32,000 nt of DNA from Amoeboradix gromovi X-113 (taxonomy: Eukaryota; Fungi; Sanchytriomycota), in the NCBI GenBank assembly GCA_018985225.1, contig JADGIF010000018.1, forward strand, positions 1 to 32,000, in the 5' to 3' direction. Shown piece by piece: positions 9,602 to 20,329 of the stretch; within the stretch, counting starts at the first letter, position 1; each line of letters starts with the position of its first letter. The position numbers and the translations under genes were made by a program. Below the pieces are notes generated by a model. It did not search any database. It saw nothing but the letters and a program-made list of their open reading frames with translations, and was not told the DNA's origin.

Positions 9602-11456
9602 ATGGCAATTCAAATTTTAGAATTCCAAGAGGTTCCCAAGGAAATCAAAAAGCAGAGAGTTCGCCGCCGAATTTTATTGCTTTTTCCTTACTATCAACTA
9701 ATTGCATTTATTCTTGTATTAGCTGGTTGTTTGTCTTGGTTTTTTTTACCTTTGTTGACGAAACACACTTATGTCAGCGAAAATGCCCTACTTCCCGGTC
9801 AATCTAATTCTAAATTCAATCAATTCGATCTTATTAATGAATACCATAAGCAAATAAAAGGTAATGTTACGCTACAGCAAGTTTACTCATTAATCAGTGA
9901 TAATAAGCTACACAAATTGCATGCCTTGCATCCTCAATATTTCTTACTGAAGGCGGTTTCACCTCGTGGCGATGGATCTGAGAGTATATTATTGTATTCT
10001 ACTATTCAATCACCGTATGCGTGCGCCCTGCTGCTGGCGTACTATAAAGATATCCAATCCCGCAATTATCTAGCCAAGGACTTGCTGATACTAATTACTG
10101 ATAAGGAACCGACTGGGACGCACGAGTTTGTCAAAGAGTGGTACAACTCAAACAACAACATCATCTGGAATCGGCCTGGTGAAATACAAGTTGCATTGGG
10201 TATTATGATGGACTCTCCAACTTTTAACACTTTCAATGTCAGGTTTACTGGTCATAATCCTAGGCTCCCAAACCTGGATGTGATAAACACTATTACGCGT
10301 ATATCTACGATGTATAATCTTAGATTGAGTGTTCACAACTATCAGGCTGTTGGTATGAATACTTTTGTAGATTCGCTGCGTAGAATGGCCGCTATGATGT
10401 TTGATTTAATTATAGGTGATCCTACATATAGTCCGCACTCCAACTTTGCCAATGTTGGATTAGACGCGGTTACAATTCATTGTACTAACATGAGTAGTGT
10501 TCTGTATGGGGTTCATAACGATGCTATATACAACATTAAACATGCTTCACTGTTGATTGATTTGACTAGTAGATCTTTCAACAATTTACTTGAAAAGTTC
10601 CATCAATCCTTTTATTTCTACATATTAGATTCTCCTACGAGTTACATCAGTATTATATACATGATAATACCTATAGCACTGCTATTAAGCGCTTTGTTGA
10701 TTACAGCTATCGCTACATGGTATTACAGTGATGTAACAACGGTCCAAAAGTATATACCAAATCATACTAGCAAGTCTAGACCTGTTTTGAATGTTATCAA
10801 GTGCTTAATGGTACCTCTTAGCAACACTGTAGCATTGTTTGCTTTGATATCAGTACTTAAATCAGCAATACCTGACAATATAGTAACTTTTGCTAATTTA
10901 GTTGTTTGTAGTACATATAGTGGGCAGTATGATGATCCATGTAATTTACATACTAAAGAGTCAGGATATCCTGGAACTAGTGTTAGCTGACATAAACATA
11001 CCATCAATGCAACAGCAGTACTGGCTAATGATGAAATGTACTATCTGCGTCTATATGATCTGTTTCATAATTGGTACTGGCACGTTCAATTATTACAGTA
11101 GCGCCGTATTGACTACTTTGATAGTGCCCATAGTGATATATGTTGGGCCACCAAGTAGCAACAATCATTTGCAATCCATGAATTTGATACTGTTACTTAT
11201 GAGTGCAAGTGGATTATTTATTACTACTCAAAGTCTGCAAATGATTAATTGGAAATGGATCAACGGAATACTAGAGCTCGTTGGTGCAAATTTGGATATA
11301 TATATGGATGTAGACATTCCTGTACTGTGGTTGGGTTTATTTAAAAAATGGTTCAAATTTGGAAATCCGTTTTATCCGTTTCTGACTGTAGGATACCAAG
11401 CGGCAATATTGGGTTGTGTGATGATAGTTAATGGGTTCGAATTCAATATGGTTTAG
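9602..11456 (+). CDS. GAA1: GPI transamidase component Gaa1; exons 9602-10882 and 10902-11456
   Basis: TYVSENALLPG, PRGDGSE, NYLAKD, LPNLD and NNLLEKFHQSFYFY motifs, followed by a multi-TM C-terminus after intron removal. Confidence 0.92.
10883..10901 (+). other. 19-nt spliceosomal intron (GTAACTTTTGCTAATTTAG)
   Basis: GT...TAG with a GCTAAT branch-point-like motif; phase 0; removal joins the 9602 frame to the 10902 frame. Confidence 0.85.
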
Positions 11457-11561
11457 CTTTCAATAAAAAGTTTATTTAATATGGCAAAAAGGCAAAGATC
11501 TATGAAAAATTGAACTTGCAGTTGCCGCATTAATGCAGGATAACTGATTTAGCACTTATTA

Positions 11562-11910
11562 TTAAAGCCCTGGCTTTTTAAAAACAAAAAAATTCCATGG
11601 AGATACTAGCAGTAGTAATACATCCATTTCAGTTATTGTTCGCTTATCTACAACTTTGAGACGGGATTGGGTAGGTTAGAACACCTTTCAAGTATATGAT
11701 ATCTATCCACTTCCAACTAACGCATTAAACATTTATGTTTCTCCAAATTGGTATTCTACAAGGTCCCACACCTTGTGCACATGTGACTAGTTAATGCTTC
11801 ATGGTATTCTAATAAATTTCTTTCCCCTTTCTACACACTAGGACTCTATAATTAGACCGGTTATTGATTGTAGGAAAATGTATTTTGTATCACTTGGTGA
11901 TCTCTTTAGC
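11562..11910 (-). pseudogene. Fanzor2/TnpB-like relic (copy F2-b) with its 3' non-coding segment
   Basis: Minus-strand pieces EITK*YKIHFPTIN, CVERGKKF/LEYHEALTSHMCTRCGTL*NTNLEKHKCLMR*LEVDRYH match the 23088 copy. Downstream caatcccg, actgctagtatctccatggaa and cagggctttaa match the 23398-23507 segment. Confidence 0.72.
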
Positions 11911-11998
11911 TGAAGCTTTGCAGCTGAGATGATTTGGAGACATTTTTCATATGAGAAGAACTCAAATTAAGTTTATTTATTTTCATCTCCATAAAACA

Positions 11999-13573
11999 AT
12001 GGAAGACCAACAGTATTCTAGAACTCGTCCTTCTAATCGAGGCTCTACTCGCGGCAGATACAACAACACCGATTATAGACCTCGAAGTAGATCCAATGAC
12101 GATGGTTATCGCCCTCGCGGAAGCAATTACAATAAGCAAGATAACGACAGTACCAGTGGTGCTCCTTATCGCAGTAACTATAAAGGTAACAATTATGATG
12201 CTAAATATCGCAGTACTCGCCCTAGTCGTCCTAGTTCAGATGGTTTTAGTTACACAGCTCCTAGATATTCAGATGATTCTACTTATCGTCCTAGATACAA
12301 CAACGCTGATACTTCATATAGACCTAGGTACAATAGTGGAGATAGCAGACCTAGAACATCGAATTATCAGCCTAGATCCAACAGATACAGCAATGATAGA
12401 CAACCCATAGACACTCCTGAGCTGTTATCTACATTTTCTAGTATAGTTCAACACCGTTACCGTCAAGATATTAATGTTTTGAATCTCAGCAATATCGACA
12501 ATGATCCCTTAATTAGAAACAAACAAATCAAGTTGTTCGAAGTTCAGTCGAGCGCTATGCCTTCTCTGATTAAATATTTAGCCAACACCTTGCCTACATT
12601 AGAAACTATAGATCTTAGCTCGAATCCTATCAAATCTACAGCCTGCTTGTTTCATCTGGACTCTTTGAAGCATTTAATCAACCTAAGTTTACAAGGTACT
12701 GGAATTCGCTTCTATCATGATTTAGACCATGTGTCTCTTAACTTGAAAAATTTAATGTTGAAGGATACCCCATTGTACGTGAGTGAACTAAGCAAGGGTG
12801 GCACCTACTACCAGGACGAGATACTGAAACGATTCCCTACGCTTAAGATACTGGATGATGTGCCTATTAAAGGCATTGAGTTTGATGTGCCCGCAAACCT
12901 GTTTCCGGTTACTATTCTTCCTAGCTGTATAACCAGTGATCAAATCTATGATTTTATTGGAAAGTATTTCGCTACCTTTGACACAAACAGAGACATATTG
13001 CAACAGGTTTACGAGCATGACGCATATTTCTCTATACAGCTAAATAAGCCAAAAAATGCTTTGATGAGCGATTACTCGCAATATAACAACATGAGTAGGA
13101 ATTTGAAATACAACAAGGATAGTCAAAAAAGGTTTAATATGCTGTATTATGGAAACGAGATTGGCCCAGCATTGATGCAGCTACCGGGTACTATACATTC
13201 ATTTTTAGTAGATCCTAGTAAGATTCTATGCGACTCTTTAGGAATGATGATAATAATACATGGAGAATTCCAGGACTTGTCGACTTCGCTTATGATAGGG
13301 TTCGATAGGCTGTTTTTGTTAACAAACGAGTTTAAAATAAAGAGCGATATGCTGACTATTAGAGAAACAAGCGTTTTGCCATTAACGAGACCTGTAGATA
13401 TTACAAATGAACAGTTTGAGTTAGTAAAGCAATTTATCAAGGAAACCGGAATGAATATGGCATTTAGTATTTTATGCTTGAAGGAGCACATGTACGATAT
13501 TAACAGATCAAAAGAGACATTCTACAAAGTAAAGGAGAGTGGGCAGTTGCCACCAGACGCGTTCTCAATATAG
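11999..13573 (+). CDS. MEX67: mRNA export factor Mex67/NXF1
   Basis: Arg/Tyr-rich N-terminus (repeated YRPR), LRR (LETIDLSSNPI), NTF2-like domain (FIGKYFATFDTNR, SRNL) and TAP-C/UBA (TGMN...CL....YD..., LPPDAF). The probable start is the ATG at 11999 (aaaacaATG); the ORF is open from 11951. Confidence 0.92.
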   Translation: MEDQQYSRTRPSNRGSTRGRYNNTDYRPRSRSNDDGYRPRGSNYNKQDNDSTSGAPYRSNYKGNNYDAKYRSTRPSRPSSDGFSYTAPRYSDDSTYRPRYNNADTSYRPRYNSGDSRPRTSNYQPRSNRYSNDRQPIDTPELLSTFSSIVQHRYRQDINVLNLSNIDNDPLIRNKQIKLFEVQSSAMPSLIKYLANTLPTLETIDLSSNPIKSTACLFHLDSLKHLINLSLQGTGIRFYHDLDHVSLNLKNLMLKDTPLYVSELSKGGTYYQDEILKRFPTLKILDDVPIKGIEFDVPANLFPVTILPSCITSDQIYDFIGKYFATFDTNRDILQQVYEHDAYFSIQLNKPKNALMSDYSQYNNMSRNLKYNKDSQKRFNMLYYGNEIGPALMQLPGTIHSFLVDPSKILCDSLGMMIIIHGEFQDLSTSLMIGFDRLFLLTNEFKIKSDMLTIRETSVLPLTRPVDITNEQFELVKQFIKETGMNMAFSILCLKEHMYDINRSKETFYKVKESGQLPPDAFSI

Positions 13574-13639
13574 CACCACCAGAAGTTAATTTGCGATTTA
13601 ACTGAAATAAATTTTATTAATTAAATGCTCTTTCTTATT

Positions 13640-14115
13640 GGGACACCAAATATAAAAACTAGACTAACTCGTTTTTAAAGACGGTGCTCCATACGCAGGA
13701 AATGCTATCATTAATAAAAGATCTTCTATTATACCAATTTTCTTTCATTGATTGTATTCCTCTTTTTAAAATAAACTAGAAGACCCTGCATCTCGTTCAA
13801 ATATATGAGGTCTTTGAGCATCTAAGCAAAAGGTGCATTTTCTTAGACGGTACTCTTTTCTAGAGTCATTATGTAATGTTATGCTAACATCATTACTCTT
13901 ATCTATTTCTTTGGAGTGTAGTAGTGATATTTTATTTGAAATAAAGATTGGATGAAAGAGTAAGAGAATAGCTGTACAGAATATTTATTTTCCTTTTATA
14001 CTCGTCAACTCCGCAACTAGCTGAATGTCCACTCGCCTCTTAAATCCATAAAACTAATATAGCTGAAATAATGTTCCAAGTTGTTGCAGAAAGTTAGTCC
14101 AGTTTTTATATTCCC
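13640..14115 (-). mobile_element. Non-autonomous TIR element copy C carrying a Fanzor-like C-terminal relic
   Basis: TIR at 13640 is identical to copy A; the far TIR is ttagtccagtttttatattccc (internal deletion) ending at 14115. The minus strand reads EIDKSNDVSITLHNDSRKEYRLRKCTFCLDAQRPHIFERDAGSSS /1-nt deletion/ ILKRG...KNELV* (stop 13661-13659). Confidence 0.85.
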
Positions 14116-14256
14116 GTATGTAAAAATCAAAAATCTCTTGAATAGTCTTTAAGTAGATACATAATTATAAACAACAGCGTTACTTAGCAATCTAGCGAAA
14201 TTGCTGAAAATGGTCATTTCCTTGTAGAAATTTATTGACAAGCAAGACACGGAGTA

Positions 14257-14550
14257 ATGATTGAAAAGTTGAAAAGAATTCCATTCGAATATAGATTAAA
14301 GAGGCTGCTATACAACTGTAGAAAACGAGGAATACTTGAAAATGAGCTAATTCTCACAAACTACCTCAAGGATAATCCTATAGATGAAAAAGAAATTTCT
14401 CTGATGGAGACTTTCCTTATGAGACCAGATTGGACGTTGTATAAAGAGATGACTGGCCATGGTGCCACTGGACTTATGGGCAAGTTGCAAGCATACACTC
14501 ATCGACGGAGACCTTTACGAATGCCGGACTTGTCTTCATTTAGGCAATAA
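14257..14550 (+). CDS. SDH5: Succinate dehydrogenase assembly factor 2 (Sdh5/SDHAF2)
   Basis: KRLLY.CRKRGILENELIL and the PDW.LY motif. Confidence 0.88.
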   Translation: MIEKLKRIPFEYRLKRLLYNCRKRGILENELILTNYLKDNPIDEKEISLMETFLMRPDWTLYKEMTGHGATGLMGKLQAYTHRRRPLRMPDLSSFRQ

Positions 14551-14552
14551 AT

Positions 14553-15221
14553 TTACTTTTTATATAACTTGATTGTTTTACAGCTGAATGTGAGCAAGAA
14601 TAGCAAGCAAATGATGTACCCGCACACTATGAGCCAATTTGAGATACTGCATGCCTCTTTCCAGACGCGTTGATGCTTTACCGAGTTATCATATGCTGCT
14701 TTGCACACGATCCCACGTATGCTGATTACGTTATTGTCATCCTTTATAGGAAAGAGATAACCCTGCGATGACCCCACCCACACCATCAAAAATGCAAACT
14801 CGGTGAAAAGAACGGCTCTGATCCCGTAGTAGCTCACTTTTTTCCTGCTGAAATGCCTGTCTTTAATGCTTTGTTCGCTCACCGTTGTGCATTGGCTACT
14901 CCTAGCAGAGTCTGCTCGTTCTAATGATTTTGGCAAGTCGTTCCTTTCCTCATCACCCGATTGCTGCATATCTCTGCTTGCTAGCTTGACGCCTGCCAGG
15001 TAGATCGCGCAGTAGACTATGGTTATCACAGTCCAAACTAACTTGAAGTCCATTCGGAAAGTGTAAACCTGATCTAAAGTAGGATAGGAAATGGTGGGCA
15101 GTGATACCATGTATTTGTTGAGAATTTCCTGATTTCTATTTATCAGCAAAATTATTACCACCATGACGCTGATTTTGAGAGCTTTCGGGACATATTTGAA
15201 GTTATGAAGCTTATTAAACAT
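14553..15221 (-). CDS. Uncharacterised 4-TM (MARVEL-like) protein, paralog 1 of 3
   Basis: Four hydrophobic segments; YP....VYTFR.DF and YLFPI...V.SIR...CKAA.D.......W.EAC are shared with 20330-21004 and 24246-24899. Confidence 0.75.
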   Translation of the reverse strand: MFNKLHNFKYVPKALKISVMVVIILLINRNQEILNKYMVSLPTISYPTLDQVYTFRMDFKLVWTVITIVYCAIYLAGVKLASRDMQQSGDEERNDLPKSLERADSARSSQCTTVSEQSIKDRHFSRKKVSYYGIRAVLFTEFAFLMVWVGSSQGYLFPIKDDNNVISIRGIVCKAAYDNSVKHQRVWKEACSISNWLIVCGYIICLLFLLTFSCKTIKLYKK

Positions 15222-15458
15222 TTGGCCTATTTACTTCAGCAGCTCTACAATCAAGGACTGAGTACAATCTTGCTTAACGGTCGGCTCCCTAGTTGCGTAT
15301 AATGTGAGATAAAGTTGATTAAATCAAAACAATGAGAAAACAAATGCTAACTAAAATTTAACCAAAGGTGAGAAAGAGCCGTAGAAGCAATAAGTATTTC
15401 CTATAAGTTTTGGGTGAATTATATCAGATTCCCCAAGTAGACAAGAGAGCAGAGTTTT

Positions 15459-15630
15459 TCTCCTTGTTAAAAGTCCTGATTTTCGAACATATCAAAAATT
15501 TCCACAGTGAGACTGAAAAAGCCAGTAACTCTATTACAATGGTGGATCACGCTTCCACTACACTGAGGCGAGATCGAATCAGGATGCATACAAGAATGGA
15601 ATCCCAGCTGCCATATGCTCGCTGTCTCTC
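15459..15630 (-). mobile_element. Fanzor2-family right-end relic (copy F2-c), essentially the candidate omegaRNA scaffold only
   Basis: Minus strand catatggcag...atcctgattcgatctcgcctcagtgtagtggaagcgtga...ctgtggaaatt...gaaaatcaggacttttaacaaggaga is collinear with 23365-23514. Confidence 0.8.
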
Positions 15631-15859
15631 TGAGTTTATATTGTCTTTTATATTTATCGTTTCTTACTCTGGTGATTTGGACCTAGTTGTAATTGGTAAT
15701 AAGAAAGAGTGTCGAGCTTTCATTTAGTCAGGAAAGTCTAAAAAAGAGCATACTGGAGAGATACTACTTATCTGATTACCATAACTTGTTGTTTTAATTA
15801 AAATATATATCTATTAGCTTTTTATACTTGAATAAGCAAAAAATTTAATTTTTTCATAC

Positions 15860-17686
15860 ATGTGGCAACAACGTCCTCCACTGCCTGTAATGAATCTTAA
15901 AGAATCATTAGACATATACAAAACCATCCTGCGTCCATTGTTGTCAGAGCAAGAGTATGCTGTAGCTCTTCGTAAAATTAATATTTTTGAAAAGGGAATC
16001 GGTATGGAGTTACAGAAACGATTAGTTGAATATGGCGCTACTCAAGACAACTGGTTGGATAAGTTGTGGTTAGACATCGGCTATCATCAATGGCGTGCCC
16101 CTCTGATGATTAATTCAAATTGGTGGATTCTAATTAAGCCTCCTATCAATCCTGCACCCAAGGGTCCTTTAAGTCGCATAGCTCTCTTTTCCTGCTCTAT
16201 TTTGCATTACCGTGCTAGCGTCAAGAATCAAGCTATTCCGCAAGAAGACGGTCTTTGCATGTCACAATATAACAATTTGTTTGCTCATCGTCACCCTAAT
16301 TCTAAACAGGATTCACTCAGTATCATGAACAGTGACTTCATAATAGTACTGATTCAAAATCAATGCTTCAAGGTACCTGTGTATATAAACAATTCCATAA
16401 TCTCGCCATTCTCGCTATATCTTGCATTTCAACAATGTTTGTCTGTTTTACAGGGTATCAAGCATTCTCCTAATGTACCCTTGCTTACCTCAATGGACAG
16501 GGATACCTGGTCCGTTGCCTATAAACACCTTTCCTCTATTCACGTTGTTAACAAACAGTCTCTTAGTGCTATTGAACAAGGCCTTTTTTGTGTCTCTTTG
16601 GATGATTTAACAGGTGACGGATACGACCAAAATCTAGCTATAATTGCACATGGTATGGATGGCAACAACAGGTGGTTTGACAAATCGCTAAACGTAATTT
16701 GTTGTAAGGATGGTACTGTTGGTATAAACGGCGAACATAGTCCATGCGATGCTTTAATACCTTCTTATATGTTCCATGAATGTTGGTATATGGAATCAAA
16801 GCTCCCATTTACCAGCACTGGAAGCAATGTTAAAGTTGAGCATTTGGCATTTGTGACAGACAATGTTATGAACACATTTATCAAACAAGCGCAAAAACAC
16901 GCTAGTATGCTATGCTCAACTTCTGAATGTGGTGTAGCTCATTTCAAATCTTTTGGCAAGGAATTCATGAAGTCTGCTAAAATGTCACCAGACACCTTTA
17001 TTCAGCTATCCTTCCAGTGGACGTGGTATAGGCTACATAGGTGTATAACCAGCACATATGAGACTGCGTCTACCCGCAAGTTCCACAAAGGCAGAACTGA
17101 GACATGTAGAACCGTAAGTAGTGCATGTGTAGCGTGGGTCAAATCAATGGATTCTCAGTTGTCAACCAAGGAAGGGTACCAATTAATGTTAGAGGCTGCT
17201 AAATCCCACAAAGACTATATTATAAAGGCTAGTAACGGTGTAGGATGTGACCGACATTTATTTGGACTCCGATTGATGCTGAAACAGCATGAACAAGTTC
17301 CAGAGATGTTTTCAGATCCATCTTTTAGTGTAGCCAATGGATACGGCTTGAGTACATCGCAGTTGGGATCAAAGACATATGAATACGCAATAGCAACTGG
17401 ATTTGGTAGTGCCATCAGTAAGGGGTATGGATTAAATTATTTTATAGCTCCTGATCACGTAAAAGTAGGAATCGAATGCAAAATCAACAACGAAGTCCAG
17501 GATATACATGATGTTTATAGAGTGATGAGATTTAAGCAAGCTTGGATGGAAACTATGATGGATATGAAGTTTATTGTAGAGAACAATGAGAACGATAGGC
17601 TCAAGGTCCCAAGACCTCAAGGATGGTATGAGGAACCAGAACACGAGCAAGGGAACAGTGCTTATCCAAGAGTATCTAAGTTGTAA
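15860..17686 (+). CDS. CAT2: Carnitine O-acetyltransferase (choline/carnitine acyltransferase family) with a peroxisomal PTS1
   Basis: NRWFDK, catalytic EHSPCDA, SPDTFIQ, TYETASTRKFHKGRTET, DRHLFGL and LSTS motifs; ends in SKL. Confidence 0.9.
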   Translation: MWQQRPPLPVMNLKESLDIYKTILRPLLSEQEYAVALRKINIFEKGIGMELQKRLVEYGATQDNWLDKLWLDIGYHQWRAPLMINSNWWILIKPPINPAPKGPLSRIALFSCSILHYRASVKNQAIPQEDGLCMSQYNNLFAHRHPNSKQDSLSIMNSDFIIVLIQNQCFKVPVYINNSIISPFSLYLAFQQCLSVLQGIKHSPNVPLLTSMDRDTWSVAYKHLSSIHVVNKQSLSAIEQGLFCVSLDDLTGDGYDQNLAIIAHGMDGNNRWFDKSLNVICCKDGTVGINGEHSPCDALIPSYMFHECWYMESKLPFTSTGSNVKVEHLAFVTDNVMNTFIKQAQKHASMLCSTSECGVAHFKSFGKEFMKSAKMSPDTFIQLSFQWTWYRLHRCITSTYETASTRKFHKGRTETCRTVSSACVAWVKSMDSQLSTKEGYQLMLEAAKSHKDYIIKASNGVGCDRHLFGLRLMLKQHEQVPEMFSDPSFSVANGYGLSTSQLGSKTYEYAIATGFGSAISKGYGLNYFIAPDHVKVGIECKINNEVQDIHDVYRVMRFKQAWMETMMDMKFIVENNENDRLKVPRPQGWYEEPEHEQGNSAYPRVSKL

Positions 17687-18224
17687 TAAACTAGTAAAAC
17701 TTGATTTATTTTTAGATTTAACCTAGGGCATGCATCAGTATCCTTCAGCCTTGGTGCCATAATAGTAAATTACTTAGTTGCCATGAAGATCTAAATTCTG
17801 GATTTATAAACCAAATAAACAGTCTGGATCTGGATTACTATCTTTGAAGTGTTCAATTCTAGTTAACAAACCATTAATTGTGATTTCATGAGTAATATCA
17901 TTCCTGTAAATCCTCTCTCAATACTTTCCCTAATTACATAAAAAAGGATGTTGTGCATGTCTCAGCTTGGGCATATGGCTCTATATTATCTAAGCTTGAA
18001 TCTCTCCAAGCTTCAGGACGTTCAGACTCCGTAGAGTAGAGTAAAATATATCAATCTCCATTGGTCTGGTTGGATATCAATTAAACAATTTAATGGGTGA
18101 AGACAATTTGACTTAATCAAGTTTTTAGTGCTAAATTCTAGTTAGGGTTCTGAATCTACTCGTTGGTTCTAATTGACTGCGTTATACGACCTCACTGTTT
18201 GAGAATTGACATTGTAGGCCCCTC

Positions 18225-20234
18225 ATGACAAAGTCTCCTTACGAGCATTTGCAGATTTTGAAGAATGGAACAGATTCGTTTAAATTATTATCGAGCTACA
18301 TGGGATGTCGGACAACACAGCCAGACATAATAATGAAATGCGTAATGAAGATGAACGAGGAAGATGCTTCCCAATTGCTTAAGATGGCAACAGAAGCGAT
18401 TCCTCTACATAAAGTGAACGGCAAAATGAGGTTCGACAAGTTTATAAAACTCATGTGTGAAATACAGCACCTCTCTAGAGGTTTAATTGTCAAACTGCTA
18501 GTTTATGTGTTCACCCCAATTATGCATGAATTTCTTGGTTATTGTATTCAAAATAACGATTTTCTAGATGGAAACACGTTTATTAAAGCATTCTTTATCA
18601 ATGTGATTGATTTCCCCATCTTTAAATTGTGTTTACTGGAGTCTTTCAGCCATATGAGTGTTCGACACTTTAAAACTTATCCAAAGGGGTTTCTGAAATA
18701 CTCAAATTACTGCAAAACTATTTCTTTTGAATTTCTGAAGTGTTTTGAGGCATCTGTTCCTCGCTATGTTGATGACGAAATCAAGTCTTCTTTTGATATG
18801 ATTCGACAATCCTGTTACTCTCAACTGTCTTCAAATGTTGACTTGCCTTTCTCTGAGTTGTCCAATCTAAGATTGCCTATTAACATAACATGGCAAATGT
18901 ACGAGTCTTTAAAATCCAATTACAGCTCCAAATCGTTTGAATGGGTTGCATACACTTTATTCAAGTCCAAAAACAGTTTAGAATTCATAAGCAAGTTAGT
19001 GAAAGATATACGCACAGATATTAAGCACTTTCTGGTTGATCCAGTCATCTTTACAACTCTGGAGCAGTCAATTGCTAACTTGAATTCTCATCTACAACAA
19101 AAATTTATTAAGAAATCGATTAAATTGGTACATAAACATCCATGCGATACTTCATTACAGTTAGCTCTCTACTTGTTTCTTTGCATTTATCAGAGTATTG
19201 ACTTGTATTTGTATTTTAAACGCAAACTGAAGAAATATTCTAATTCCAACGCATTCATGACTGAATTAAGTGATTTGATTACCAAATATCCGTCTGCACA
19301 TCAAAACACTGAGTGCACCACTTATTATCAGATTGTTGATCAAGTTGAATGCGGAGGCTCGAATCCTACTTACGAAGAACTATCGGGTCCGTTTAATGAT
19401 GCGAGCAGTTCTATTCAGCTAGATATTGCTGTGTCTGCTGCTCAACATGTTAACTACAATTCTAAACAAGCCCAGCATCTTTCCAGGTACTTTGACCATT
19501 ACTTCACTCTACATGAACAATCTGTTGATAGTACATTTGACTTTGTTACAGCTATTAGTGGATTGTGTCTCCATTTAGACTATGTACCATACAACTCTTA
19601 CACTATGAATATTTGTGCATTCTCTATGAAAAAGAATCAGAAACATTTAAAATGGTTAAATGAACACAGTTGTCATTCAAATAAATCGATCAGCTCTCAG
19701 TACCAGCAGTTAGTGCAGATGAAGCATGATTGCATATCAATGCAAACATTATACTCGCTAGACAAACAAACCATATCAGAAATGAGTAAATTAGAATTGC
19801 TGCAGCTCTTGGTTTCTATTACTGAGTTGCTGATAATAAAAAGAAAGCTAGCCGTCCAGAAGTCGAGTCAGGTATGTATTATTATTTCATACATCATGCC
19901 GTATTGCTACAATGAGAAAGAGATGTACAAATGCTTGCATGCTATTTATGCTCCCCCGTTGAAAAGGATTACAGGAATCAATAGCTTTCATAGAGACTTT
20001 ATAAAGCCGTTCCAGTTCCACACTATTGCTATTATATTGCCGTACATTAAGAATTATACAACCTGGTACAGCGATGGTTTGCAGAAGCACATTTTGAAAC
20101 TATTGGATTTATACACTGGAGGGTACTTAAAGAGAAGAAACGCATTATTAGAGATGCTATTTGATAGCCAGGACAAGGAAGTTATGAAGGGATTGTTGAT
20201 CAAAAGCAAGGCATATAACACAATGGAACAGTAA
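18225..20234 (+). CDS. 669-aa helical protein, possibly Urb2/Npa2 (ribosome biogenesis) based on its C-terminus
   Basis: Long ORF. The C-terminal PFQFHTIAIILPYI...LQKHILKLLDL...DSQDKEVMKGL resembles the spacing of the Urb2 C-terminal domain. The ORF itself is solid; the family call is weak. Confidence 0.45.
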   Translation: MTKSPYEHLQILKNGTDSFKLLSSYMGCRTTQPDIIMKCVMKMNEEDASQLLKMATEAIPLHKVNGKMRFDKFIKLMCEIQHLSRGLIVKLLVYVFTPIMHEFLGYCIQNNDFLDGNTFIKAFFINVIDFPIFKLCLLESFSHMSVRHFKTYPKGFLKYSNYCKTISFEFLKCFEASVPRYVDDEIKSSFDMIRQSCYSQLSSNVDLPFSELSNLRLPINITWQMYESLKSNYSSKSFEWVAYTLFKSKNSLEFISKLVKDIRTDIKHFLVDPVIFTTLEQSIANLNSHLQQKFIKKSIKLVHKHPCDTSLQLALYLFLCIYQSIDLYLYFKRKLKKYSNSNAFMTELSDLITKYPSAHQNTECTTYYQIVDQVECGGSNPTYEELSGPFNDASSSIQLDIAVSAAQHVNYNSKQAQHLSRYFDHYFTLHEQSVDSTFDFVTAISGLCLHLDYVPYNSYTMNICAFSMKKNQKHLKWLNEHSCHSNKSISSQYQQLVQMKHDCISMQTLYSLDKQTISEMSKLELLQLLVSITELLIIKRKLAVQKSSQVCIIISYIMPYCYNEKEMYKCLHAIYAPPLKRITGINSFHRDFIKPFQFHTIAIILPYIKNYTTWYSDGLQKHILKLLDLYTGGYLKRRNALLEMLFDSQDKEVMKGLLIKSKAYNTMEQ

Positions 20235-20329
20235 ATAATATGACTAACACGAGCATTATGTAACTTTGTATCCCCAAGCATATTATATGGAGAGCAAAAC
20301 AAGATAGTTATAATTGATACAAAAGCAAT

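Noticed and set aside
8510-14125. Assigning the GGG-TIR family to a specific superfamily (PIF/Harbinger, ISL2EU, Merlin, Sola2) from target-site duplications
   Set aside because: Flanks do not give a consistent TSD (B atgt/ataa, C tatt/gtat), and two termini are damaged.
15410-15727. 105-aa ORF as a gene
   Set aside because: Starts at TTG, has no recognisable motif and is antisense to the Fanzor2 scaffold relic.
17735-18100. LRR-like relic on the minus strand (IQNLDLHGN*)
   Set aside because: Only a single short motif among many stops; it cannot be supported.
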